Positions 28,010-36,703 of a stretch of 64,000 nucleotides of DNA are shown here, piece by piece. A program made the position numbers and the translations under genes. The notes below the pieces were generated by a model, which was not told the origin of the DNA, did no database searches, and was given only the letters and a program-made list of their open reading frames with translations. The stretch comes from an uncultured Pseudomonadales bacterium. Lineage in GTDB: Bacteria > Pseudomonadota > Gammaproteobacteria > Pseudomonadales > Azotimanducaceae. Within the stretch, counting starts at the first letter, position 1. Each line of letters starts with the position of its first letter. The stretch is taken from positions 24,550 to 88,549 of the forward strand of contig CALKDT010000030.1 of assembly GCA_938084225.1 (NCBI GenBank), read 5' to 3'.

Positions 28010-29494
28010 ATGAATGACATTACGATCAGAAACGTCCAAATTCTTGATGGGCTTGGCGGACAAGCCTTCACCGGTGACGTCGGCGTTAAAAATGGAAGGA
28101 TTACAGAAGTTGGTAGCGCCGGGTCCGGCAAGGAGGAGGTTGACGGAAAGGGCCAGTACCTGGCCCCTGGCTTTATCGACACACACTCCCATGACGATGG
28201 TGCTTTTTTTCGCCATCCGGGTATGGAGTTTAAGCTGGCACAGGGGGTAACTACCGTGGTCGCCGGTAACTGCGGTTTCAGCGCGGTGCCAATCGACCCG
28301 TCAGTTGACCCAAGCCGCGCGAGCGGTGGCATACTCGCCGGCCTTGAGGGTTCATTTACAGATTTGGAGGGGTACTTCGAGGCGGCGCTGGATAGAAAAC
28401 CTGGTATCAACAACATGATGCTGGTCGGGCATAACACCGTTCGAACCTTGGTGATGGGCATGGAAAAGCGGGCCCCCAGCGCCGGCGAACTAAGCGCCAT
28501 GAAATCGCATGTCAGCAAAGCACTTGAGCAAGGTGCCTGTGGTTTTTCAACTGGACTGATCTATAGACCGGGCCGCTGGAGCGATACCGAGGAAATCATC
28601 GCCCTTGCGAGTGCTGCCAACGAATTTGATGCGCTTTACACGACCCATATGCGCAACGAAGGCGACGACTTACTTGAAGCGGTTGATGAAGCACTTAGGA
28701 TAGGCCGTGAATCAGATGTTCACCTGCACATCTCCCACCACAAGTCAGCGGGCCCAGCGAACTGGGGCAAGGTCGGAGATTCACTCGCAAAAATTGACGC
28801 AGCGCTAGCGGCAGGACAACCCGTCACGCTCGATGTATACCCCTACACTGCCGGTAGCGGCAGAATGATCGAGTACTTTAATCTTGATAACATCAGCCGC
28901 GAACTGGCCGAAGTCATTCGTATCGCCAGTTGCCCGGCTTTTCGAGCGTACGAGGGCAAGATGTTAAAAGATATTGCCGCTCAGCAACAGATCGATATCT
29001 GTGACCTGACGCTCACCATCCTCACAGCGCCGAAGGGAGACCGTACCATCTGCATCCAGTTCATCATCGACGAGCAGGATATCGCCACCAACCTGGCCCA
29101 TAAGGACATGATGGTCGGATCAGATGGCATTCCGGACCTAAAAGGTAAACCGCATCCCAGGTTATTTGGAACTTTCCCACGCATTCTGGCCAAGTACGTG
29201 CGTGAAGATGGCGTATTGACGCTACCAGAGGCAGTAAGGCGGATGACTTCACTGTCTGCGCAGGTATTTGGGATAGAGAATCGCGGTCAGGTAAAAGAAG
29301 GTTACTGGGCTGACTTGGTGATGTTTGATGCCGCTACCGTAAAGGACCTGGCGACTTACGACGAGCCCAAGACAGAGCCAGCAGGCATATCACTGGTCGT
29401 CATCAATGGAAATATTGGGCTTCAGGATCGTCAACATCGACATGCTGGGTCAGGTAAGATGCTTCGTTTCAATAACAGCGCATATGGAGAATAA
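28010..29494 (+). CDS. N-acyl-D-amino-acid deacylase (D-aminoacylase), amidohydrolase superfamily
   Basis: 494 aa with GFIDTHSHDD near the N-terminus, THMRNEGD, HISHHK and MVGSDG, motifs typical of D-aminoacylases. Confidence 0.8.
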   Translation: MNDITIRNVQILDGLGGQAFTGDVGVKNGRITEVGSAGSGKEEVDGKGQYLAPGFIDTHSHDDGAFFRHPGMEFKLAQGVTTVVAGNCGFSAVPIDPSVDPSRASGGILAGLEGSFTDLEGYFEAALDRKPGINNMMLVGHNTVRTLVMGMEKRAPSAGELSAMKSHVSKALEQGACGFSTGLIYRPGRWSDTEEIIALASAANEFDALYTTHMRNEGDDLLEAVDEALRIGRESDVHLHISHHKSAGPANWGKVGDSLAKIDAALAAGQPVTLDVYPYTAGSGRMIEYFNLDNISRELAEVIRIASCPAFRAYEGKMLKDIAAQQQIDICDLTLTILTAPKGDRTICIQFIIDEQDIATNLAHKDMMVGSDGIPDLKGKPHPRLFGTFPRILAKYVREDGVLTLPEAVRRMTSLSAQVFGIENRGQVKEGYWADLVMFDAATVKDLATYDEPKTEPAGISLVVINGNIGLQDRQHRHAGSGKMLRFNNSAYGE

Positions 29495-29496
29495 AG

Positions 29497-29913
29497 ATGC
29501 CTGACGCTTTTGTCATGGCACTGGCAGGTGGTATCTGCATTGGCTTAGCCACGGTTTTCTTGATGATCACGCTAGGGCGAATTGGCGGAATCAGTGGCAT
29601 TGTCTTCTCTGCCGCCAAGAATCATGTCGAAAACCTCTGGGCGATCTTGTTTATTGCGGGCCTCGTGCTTGGTGCCTTCCTGTTTCACGTTAATTCAGAT
29701 CGCCCAATCCCAGCATTCGACGTACCTATGCCATTGCTGCTTGCCGGAGGTTTCATTGTTGGGGTGGGCACCAAACTGGGCAGCGGTTGTACCAGCGGCC
29801 ACGGTATATGCGGAATAGGCCGATTATCACTAAGGTCGATCATTGCTACCTGCACTTTTATGTTGTTCGGTTTTATTACCGTCTACACCCGCCTGCACGG
29901 AGGTGCCACGTGA
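29497..29913 (+). CDS. YeeE/YedE family half-size sulfur-compound transporter subunit
   Basis: 138 aa, hydrophobic, with the conserved GSGCTSGHGICG loop. Confidence 0.8.
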   Translation: MPDAFVMALAGGICIGLATVFLMITLGRIGGISGIVFSAAKNHVENLWAILFIAGLVLGAFLFHVNSDRPIPAFDVPMPLLLAGGFIVGVGTKLGSGCTSGHGICGIGRLSLRSIIATCTFMLFGFITVYTRLHGGAT

Positions 29914-30338
29914 AACTATCGATGGCACTGTTGAGCGGCGTGCTTTTTGGGTTTGGCCTTGCGTTGTCTGGCATGACAGATGTCAACAACGTTATTGGCT
30001 TTCTTGACCTGTTCGGTGACTGGAATCCAACGCTGGCATTTGTGATGATCGGCGGAATCCTCGTAACCCTGCCCTTCTTCCAGTTTGGTCTGGGGAAGAT
30101 TAGGGCGCCACTCTTTGCTGATATATTTAGGTTACCCACGAGAACCGACATTGATGGTCGTCTACTGACGGGCGCCGCATTGTTCGGAATTGGTTGGGGC
30201 CTTGTAGGACTTTGTCCCGGCCCTGCCATTGCTTCCCTTGCTTACTTGAATGTCGATATTATCTACTTTTGCGTGGCCATGATGGCAGGCATGTTTGTGA
30301 CAGATTTCGTGGACGGATTAATAACCGAAAAGTCATAA
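29910..30338 (+). CDS. YeeE/YedE family half-size transporter subunit (second half)
   Basis: The GTG at 29910 overlaps the upstream TGA (GTGA), and an alternative ATG lies at 29922. The product is hydrophobic with GFGLALSGM and GWGLVGLCPGPA motifs. The track's longer start at 29787 overlaps the previous gene. Confidence 0.75.
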   Translation: MKLSMALLSGVLFGFGLALSGMTDVNNVIGFLDLFGDWNPTLAFVMIGGILVTLPFFQFGLGKIRAPLFADIFRLPTRTDIDGRLLTGAALFGIGWGLVGLCPGPAIASLAYLNVDIIYFCVAMMAGMFVTDFVDGLITEKS

Positions 30339-30383
30339 TTTCGCCGTCGCACCCAGGCGCGCGCCCGCGGAAGCGTCTTTTCT

Positions 30384-30448
30384 GGAGGGTCTCTTTGGGA
30401 GGGTCCCTTTGGGAGGGTCCCTTCGGGAGGGTCCCTTCGGGAGGGTCC
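30384..30448. repeat. 14-bp tandem repeat GGAGGGTCCCTT(T/C)G, about 4.6 copies
   Basis: Read directly: ggagggtctctttg ggagggtccctttg ggagggtcccttcg ggagggtcccttcg ggagggtcc. It lies in the intergenic region between convergent genes. Confidence 0.9.
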
Positions 30449-30674
30449 GAGGGCCAGTTAAAGAAACCCTATTGTTGGCTCCAGAACTGCGTCCGATGGT
30501 GAATCGCCGCCTATAAAGTCATTCGGTAATCGCCAGCAGAAACCCGCTTATCAGCGGCAGTAACCTGACTGGCTGACATTTCAAAGCTCCCTCTCTGCGT
30601 CATATCGACTCACCTGGTGCGCGCACATGACGGAGAAAGGGTGGCGTGCTCCTAAAACAAGATAACCGCTCGTA

Positions 30675-31436
30675 TTACAAACGCAATCCTGCGTCGAGTT
30701 CAATAACCCGGCCGCTCAAATACTCATTTTCGAAAATGTACTTCGCGGTATGAGCTACTTCTTCCGGTTGGCCAAGACGCCTGAGGGGAATACCCGCAGC
30801 CATTTTCTCCAACGCTTCCGGCTTCATGCTAGCAACCATTTCTGTTGCGATAAATCCTGGGGCTATCGCCGCCGCGCGGATGCCGTAGCGAGCCAATTCC
30901 TTCGCCCAGACAGTCGCCATCGCAGCCACCCCTGCTTTTGCCGCTGAGTAGTTAGTCTGGCCCATGTTTCCGGACCTGCTGATGCTGGAAATATTAATAA
31001 TACATCCGGCAACGCCTTTCTCAATCATCCTGGAGGCAGCCTCGCGCCCACAGAGGAAAACACCCGTCAGATTTACATCAATGACAGCCTGCCATTCAGC
31101 GAGCGACATCCGCTTTTCAATCTTGCCATCCTTGAACTTAATCATCAGGCCATCCCGCAGGATACCAGCATTGTTGATTAATCCATGAACCTCACCAAAG
31201 TCGGCTTCGATCGCGTCAAAAGCCGCAATCACATCATCTTCTTTGGCAACATTGGCCTTGTATGACTTTGCATCGCCGCCTGCGTCTTTACACAACTGCA
31301 CTGCTTCCGCCAAGGGTTCCTCGTTCAGATCGATGAGGGCCAGATTGGCGCCTTCTTTTGCCATGACAATCGCCATTGCGCGACCTAGACCCTGTCCGCC
31401 ACCTGTGATGACAATCGTTTTGCCGTTCAAATCCAT
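30675..31436 (-). CDS. SDR family oxidoreductase, FabG-like (3-oxoacyl reductase-like)
   Basis: 253 aa with VITGGGQGLG, NNAG and YSAAK motifs. Confidence 0.85.
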   Translation of the reverse strand: MDLNGKTIVITGGGQGLGRAMAIVMAKEGANLALIDLNEEPLAEAVQLCKDAGGDAKSYKANVAKEDDVIAAFDAIEADFGEVHGLINNAGILRDGLMIKFKDGKIEKRMSLAEWQAVIDVNLTGVFLCGREAASRMIEKGVAGCIINISSISRSGNMGQTNYSAAKAGVAAMATVWAKELARYGIRAAAIAPGFIATEMVASMKPEALEKMAAGIPLRRLGQPEEVAHTAKYIFENEYLSGRVIELDAGLRL

Positions 31437-31635
31437 GTTTTTCTCCTGCAGTCAATCCGCATGCTAAATCGAGGGCGAATAATGCCATTTCAATCTACGA
31501 AATGCACAAAGACCGGCCCATAAACACAATCTATGCCTCAATAAGCTGCACCCAAATACTTCATGGCCCAAAAAAGCGACGATTCGAGCCGATAAGGGCG
31601 TCTGCTTAGACATTTCCTATACACACTTATTTCAT

Positions 31636-31659
31636 TGATTGATCCCGCTTAATCAATCA
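31636..31659. promoter_or_regulatory. Inverted repeat TGATTGAT-N8-ATCAATCA in a divergent promoter region
   Basis: Read directly. It lies 74 bp upstream of the acyl-CoA-dehydrogenase-like gene and about 200 bp from the FabG-like start. No cognate regulator has been identified. Confidence 0.2.
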
Positions 31660-31732
31660 GCGGATAGGCTTTTCTTTTGCCCGTCCTTCTGCCTACACTG
31701 TGCTTCACTAGAACAAGGAATAAGGCCGATCA

Positions 31733-32959
31733 ATGCCAAGAGAAGTCCACACGGCACGACTACAAAAAATTGAAGAACTCCGCGACGACATACTAAAAGC
31801 AGGAGATGAAGCACAGGAACTCAAAAAGCTCCCGGAATGGATCATTACCAAGTTAGTTGATGAAGGGTTTTTTCGCTTCGCGCTGCCTACTGAGATGGGC
31901 GGTGACAATGCCACCTCAATGGAAACAATAGAGATCCTGGAGCATATGGCTGCTATTGATGCCTCCGTTGCATGGAATGTCATGCTGGGCTCCGAGATCA
32001 ATGCCATGGCAGTTGGTGGCATGGATCCTGATCTGGCCAAAGAGATTTACCTGGATAACCCTAAGGTTGTCATGTGCGGTGGAGGCGGCCCAGGCAGCAT
32101 ACCCCCCCGTGCGGAGCGCCAAGCCGACGGCAGCGTTAAGGTCTGGGGTCAATCAACTTTTATTTCCGGCTGTCATAATGCTGATTTTTGTTTTATGGGC
32201 GCACCACTGATGAAAGGTGATGAGTTGGAAACCGATGATAACGGCATGCCAATCTTCAAAATGTGGTTCATTCCTAAAGATCAGTTTGAGATTGTTCGTA
32301 CCTGGGATGTCGCAGGTATGCGAGGCTCCGGCTCAGACGATGTCAAAGTCGATGGCGCAATTGTTCCTGCCAAATATACCGGCATAGATCTCTGGACCGT
32401 ACCAGCACACTATCCAAGTCCTGTTTACCGCATGCCGACAGCGCTGCGTTTGGCTTACAACAAGGCGGCTATCGCCGTAGGCATCGCGAAAGGCGCACTT
32501 GAAGTGTTCGCTGACATCGCCAAGAACAAGATTCCCATGTTGACCTCTGCTTCTCTTGCTAACAGGGGCATTGCTCAGTACCGGATGGGTGTTGCCGAGG
32601 CTACCTACCGAGCATCTCGGGCATGGCTAATGGAATCAATGACCGCGGTCGAAGATGAACTCACCGGAAACTCTGACCTTCCTGGCGCCAAGACGACGCA
32701 AGACGCTCGACTAGCCTGCACACACGCGGCGAACGAATGTATGAAAGTCGTCGATCTGTTACACAACACAGCAGGTACAACAGGCATGCGAACGTTCAGC
32801 CCGCTAGAAAGAAAGCTCAGGGATTCTCACGGTGCAGCAACCCATAGATGGGTAGCGCATCCACTTTATGAAGATCTCGGAAAAATTCTACTCGGCATCG
32901 AACCAGGGGCAGAGTTTGCGGGCGGAACAGGTGCACCTGTTCTACCAGCACCGAAGTAG
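31733..32959 (+). CDS. Acyl-CoA dehydrogenase family protein (type-2 / flavin monooxygenase-like)
   Basis: 408 aa. The N-terminal helical domain (KLVDEGFFRFALPTEMGG), middle beta domain (WDVAGMRGSGSDDV) and C-terminal helical domain are typical of the ACAD fold. Confidence 0.75.
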   Translation: MPREVHTARLQKIEELRDDILKAGDEAQELKKLPEWIITKLVDEGFFRFALPTEMGGDNATSMETIEILEHMAAIDASVAWNVMLGSEINAMAVGGMDPDLAKEIYLDNPKVVMCGGGGPGSIPPRAERQADGSVKVWGQSTFISGCHNADFCFMGAPLMKGDELETDDNGMPIFKMWFIPKDQFEIVRTWDVAGMRGSGSDDVKVDGAIVPAKYTGIDLWTVPAHYPSPVYRMPTALRLAYNKAAIAVGIAKGALEVFADIAKNKIPMLTSASLANRGIAQYRMGVAEATYRASRAWLMESMTAVEDELTGNSDLPGAKTTQDARLACTHAANECMKVVDLLHNTAGTTGMRTFSPLERKLRDSHGAATHRWVAHPLYEDLGKILLGIEPGAEFAGGTGAPVLPAPK

Positions 32960-32978
32960 CCGTCTAGCAGGCTCTACA

Positions 32979-33007
32979 AAAAACGCCCGATTTATTCGGG
33001 CGTTTTT
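32979..33007. terminator. Bidirectional rho-independent terminator
   Basis: AAAAACGCCCGA-TTTAT-TCGGGCGTTTTT is a 12-bp stem with A-run and T-run flanks, sitting between convergent genes (32959 and 33110). Confidence 0.7.
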
Positions 33008-33109
33008 GTTTGCACTGAAAAATTGCAAGACTTAAAGGTTGAGCGCTATCAACCACTAAGACCAACGCCCACGACTGCACTGCAGTAGGGAAAGATAGGC
33101 GGGATGTTT

Positions 33110-34123
33110 CTAACGGTTGAGGCTCTGAATCGCAGACGCTATTAAACCTGCGCACTGCGTACTGATTTTCTGCACTAGACACTCGTCATAGCCCTGCATG
33201 CCCGGTGTATGGATGTGACCTGTTAACGTGGCAGCACCGGTTTCCTGAATATACCGGATCACCCTGTACGCAATCTCATTAGATAGGTATCCACCACCGC
33301 TACCAAGGACAGCGGTTTCAGACTCAAGCGCCGCCAGGCTCTCTGCCTCAAACGCTCCCTGCTCTAGCGTTGTGACCAGTCTGTTGTCGTTAACTGGAAA
33401 ATCGCCGACACAATGCTTCATCTCACCGGCGGGTAACGAAAATTCGACAAACTCTGGGCCTGCAAGATGTGGCGGGACAAAAGGTTTTTCCGCCGACCCA
33501 CCACCTACCTGCCTGACATTATCTCTTGTCGATACAGATCGCCGCCTGCCTGGGAATCGCTCCAGGTCAAAGCCCGCTCGACCCATACTGACGGTGATCA
33601 CTAGATCCACTTTATCGCTAAAGGTTGCAAGAACTCTTTCAACCAGAAACTCATTAAAGTCTTTATAACGCACTGGAAATATCATCGAACGAATCTCAGC
33701 CGTTCCAGCACCTAACACTATCTGTTGGCATTGATGTTGGAGCGCAATCACAGCGGAGGGATTCCCTTGTTCTATGTGATCGTCCAGATGAAACGGGTCG
33801 AAGCCCGTCACCAGTACACGGTAGCTTGCATGCTGTGAAAATTGATTGTCCAGCATGCCGCGGCTTGCCAGCTCAAACGCCAACAAATCCGAAGGTTCAG
33901 CGCCAAGTCGCCGCAAATGTCGAGATAGTATGAGGCGTTGCCAGTAGAGCGGCCGGTCATCAAATTGATCCTTACCAAAGGCGCTTGACCAAAGTTGATC
34001 CCCAATCTGATGAGGGCTCGCCCCAGGTGGCAAGCCTGTATGCCATACTTCTGAGGGAAGCAGAGACCCAAGCGAAAGCTTGGCGGCAGCGAGCCGTGAT
34101 TCTTCAATAGAACTTTTTAACAT
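33110..34123 (-). CDS. Pyroglutamyl-peptidase (C15)-fold protein with N-terminal extension and Ser at the nucleophile position
   Basis: 337 aa. From about aa 105 on, VLVTGFDPF...NPS, VSMGRAGFDLERF, GGGYLSNEIAY and GHIHTP align by eye with the Pcp motifs (L)LTGFDPFGG..NPS, GQAGGR..ITPER, AGTFVCNHLFY and GFIHIP. Confidence 0.5.
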   Translation of the reverse strand: MLKSSIEESRLAAAKLSLGSLLPSEVWHTGLPPGASPHQIGDQLWSSAFGKDQFDDRPLYWQRLILSRHLRRLGAEPSDLLAFELASRGMLDNQFSQHASYRVLVTGFDPFHLDDHIEQGNPSAVIALQHQCQQIVLGAGTAEIRSMIFPVRYKDFNEFLVERVLATFSDKVDLVITVSMGRAGFDLERFPGRRRSVSTRDNVRQVGGGSAEKPFVPPHLAGPEFVEFSLPAGEMKHCVGDFPVNDNRLVTTLEQGAFEAESLAALESETAVLGSGGGYLSNEIAYRVIRYIQETGAATLTGHIHTPGMQGYDECLVQKISTQCAGLIASAIQSLNR

Positions 34124-34208
34124 CCGGTAAAGTTACACGAGTAACCCCAGTTCGCAAGGCACGTGTAAACTAAGAGTGTCATTTCCCCTCTAAAGATAAG
34201 CCACAAAC

Positions 34209-35189
34209 ATGATTCGATTCGGCGTACTAGGCGCAGCCCAGATTACTCCTGCAGCATTAATCTACCCATGCATGAATGAACCACTTGCACGAGTCTCTGT
34301 TATCGCCGCTCGAGACAGGAATAAGGCTGAAACCTTCGCATCTGCGCATCACATAGGCACGGTCTGCGCTAGCTATTCTGATGTCGTTAACCACGAAAAA
34401 ATCAACGCTCTGTACAACCCCCTTCATATTTCAGCGCATCATCCCTGGACCATCGCCGCTTTAAAGGCAGGCAAGCATGTCCTATGCGAGAAATCTCTTG
34501 CGTGTAACGCAAAAGAAGCAAGGGAGATGAATCAAGTCGCTAAAGACCAGGGCCTGGTCTTGATGGATGCATTTCATTATCGATATCACCCTCTGTTCGC
34601 GCGAATGAAAAATATTGTCGATGGTGGAGAGCTCGGGGTTATAGAGTCCATTGACGCCGGCTTTCATATCCCCGTGACAGACCCGGATAACATTCGGATG
34701 AACTATCTCCTGGGTGGGGGCGTCACCATGGATATAGGCTGCTATCCCATTTCCTGGGTTCGACACCTGGCGGGTACGGAGCCTAAAGTTGTTGCGGCGA
34801 TCGCAGAAGTTGGTCCACCCCAGGTTGACCTGTTTCTGGAAACAAAAATGGAGGCCGGGAACATTGCCATTACTACATCAGCCGATATGCGGGCGTCAGC
34901 ATCCTTTAAGGCAGAAGTGACGGTCAGGGGAAGCAAGGGAGAAATGCGGGTCGATAACGTTGTTGCCCCACAAATGGGGCACCTTTTGACGCTAAACGTC
35001 AATGGCCAGACAAACCACGAGACGGTTGATCGCAGGCCTACCTACGCTTACCAGTTGGATGCCTTTATCGCTGCTGTAGAAAAAAACGAGCCTCTATGGA
35101 CTGATGGAGACGATGCTGTTGCACAGATGACCGTCATCGACCGATGCTATGAAGCCGCCGGTTTGCCCATCCGCGGCCTGGAGCTTTGA
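34209..35189 (+). CDS. Gfo/Idh/MocA family oxidoreductase
   Basis: 326 aa with MIRFGVLGAAQI (Rossmann) and KHVLCEKSLA (the EKP-like motif). Confidence 0.85.
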   Translation: MIRFGVLGAAQITPAALIYPCMNEPLARVSVIAARDRNKAETFASAHHIGTVCASYSDVVNHEKINALYNPLHISAHHPWTIAALKAGKHVLCEKSLACNAKEAREMNQVAKDQGLVLMDAFHYRYHPLFARMKNIVDGGELGVIESIDAGFHIPVTDPDNIRMNYLLGGGVTMDIGCYPISWVRHLAGTEPKVVAAIAEVGPPQVDLFLETKMEAGNIAITTSADMRASASFKAEVTVRGSKGEMRVDNVVAPQMGHLLTLNVNGQTNHETVDRRPTYAYQLDAFIAAVEKNEPLWTDGDDAVAQMTVIDRCYEAAGLPIRGLEL

Positions 35190-35203
35190 TCGGGCACCCG
35201 GGT

Positions 35204-36439
35204 TTACTTTATCCAATAACCGGGTTCGTTAGTGCTGTAACCAAGGCAACGATAGGTTTCATCGACTAGAGATTGCCCTCTTTCATTCAGCAAAATGCCT
35301 GCACCCATCTTGTTCATGCTGTATCCGAAACCAAGGTGACATTCAGTATCAGCAAAACCGACACTGCCACCAGCACCCGCATGTCCAAAGGCGTGCTTTC
35401 CCATGATAATGGTTTCTAGCGCACCCGACTCGCGGTGCCGGTTATCCATACTAAGCATAAAACCCAAACTAAATTTCGTAGGTGAAACCAGTGTCAAATC
35501 TTCATGGGTAATCACAGAGGCTGCCTGCATACGCTCAAGGCCAACCTTGTCAACAAAGCCCTCGCCGCCATTGGCAAAGGGTTTGAACATTCCCGCCATC
35601 CCCTTTCCATTGGCAATACCCCCTCCTGCTCCGTACTGGCATAGATAACTTTCAGGGGCGTCTGTCTTAAATTTTCCATTATTGAGCAGCGCAATGTATT
35701 GCAACGACTCTTTGCTCTGCATAAGCGCAACGGTGTAGGGTGAAACTAGCTCCCCTTTTTTAGGTGTCCAACGCAGGATTCTTGAGACGCGGTGATGTTC
35801 TGATTCAGGCAGACCAATGTGAAAATCCAGACCCAAGGGCTCCGCGACACGCGTTCGAAAATAATCGCCTAACGAAAGACCAGAGGTGCGCCTGACTAGC
35901 TCTCCAACCGTCCAGCCAAACGTCGACATGTGGTAACCGTTTCGAGTACCCGGCTTCCATAGGGGCTCTTCTTCGGCCAACCGTTGTACCATGTAATCCC
36001 AGTCTAAAAAGCCGCCTTCCCTAATCGGTCTGCGGATAGCGGCAAGGCCTGCAGAGTGATTGAGCATCATAGCGACAGTGACGTCTTCTTTGCTCTGCTG
36101 GCTGAATTCAGGCCAGTAATCAGACACTTTTGCCTGTAAGTCGAGTTTTCCTTCACAGATAAGAATATGCGCACAAATTGAAACGGCAGCCTTAGTGACC
36201 GAATGCACAACGCTCATGGTGTCTTCCTGCCACTCTGATGCCTGGCGGGGATGCATTTGCCCACCCCAGAGATTAACGACAGTCTCCCCTTCAACATTAA
36301 AACAAACGGACGCGCCTTGCTCTTCCCGATCTTCAAAATTGACAATGAATGCGTCCAGTACGCTACGGAACTTGTCATCACAGTGACCGCGAATAGCGCC
36401 TTTTCCATCACTAAGCGGTATTTCTATGGGGCTACTCAT
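35204..36439 (-). CDS. Serine hydrolase, beta-lactamase (class C/EstB-like) family
   Basis: It carries the S-x-x-K motif SVTK, YH..S and a HAGAGGS-type C-terminal motif. The start is uncertain: the ATG at 36439 is preferred (AGGG upstream), with an ATG at 36472 and a TTG at 36484 also in frame. Confidence 0.8.
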   Translation of the reverse strand: MSSPIEIPLSDGKGAIRGHCDDKFRSVLDAFIVNFEDREEQGASVCFNVEGETVVNLWGGQMHPRQASEWQEDTMSVVHSVTKAAVSICAHILICEGKLDLQAKVSDYWPEFSQQSKEDVTVAMMLNHSAGLAAIRRPIREGGFLDWDYMVQRLAEEEPLWKPGTRNGYHMSTFGWTVGELVRRTSGLSLGDYFRTRVAEPLGLDFHIGLPESEHHRVSRILRWTPKKGELVSPYTVALMQSKESLQYIALLNNGKFKTDAPESYLCQYGAGGGIANGKGMAGMFKPFANGGEGFVDKVGLERMQAASVITHEDLTLVSPTKFSLGFMLSMDNRHRESGALETIIMGKHAFGHAGAGGSVGFADTECHLGFGYSMNKMGAGILLNERGQSLVDETYRCLGYSTNEPGYWIK

Positions 36440-36650
36440 TGTGTTACTGCCCTGTTTATCAAGAGCGAACATCCTATCATGCAACCCAATATTAGTACCC
36501 GAGGTTGCCTTTAAAATTCTCTGGCTGGTCGCTATGTAGGGCAGAAGATGGGTTGCACCATTGACGCTTTATCGACGCAAGGACCACCAAGAACCTTCCA
36601 GCAACATAGCTCGTTTTAAGCTAGTGTGGCGATATTCAAGGCCTTTTCTT

Positions 36651-36703
36651 TTATGACACTTCCCGTTATGACACTTCCCGTTATGACACTTCCCGTTATG
36701 ACA
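36651..36703. repeat. 15-bp tandem repeat TTATGACACTTCCCG x3 plus a partial fourth copy that is the 3' end of the SDR gene
   Basis: Read directly. On the minus strand: ...ATG TCA TAA CGG GAA GTG TCA TAA CGG GAA GTG TCA TAA CGG GAA GTG TCA TAA. Confidence 0.9.

Noticed and set aside
30194-30502. 102-aa ORF reading ...LFWRVSLGGSLWEGPFGRVPSGGSEG...
   Set aside because: Its second half is only the translation of the 14-bp tandem repeat, and its first half overlaps the YeeE-half gene out of frame. It has no start context or motif.
30384-36703. CRISPR-like interpretation of the short tandem arrays at 30384 and 36651
   Set aside because: The units are 14-15 bp and directly abutting with no spacers. 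No cas genes are present in the window. These are minisatellites, not CRISPR.
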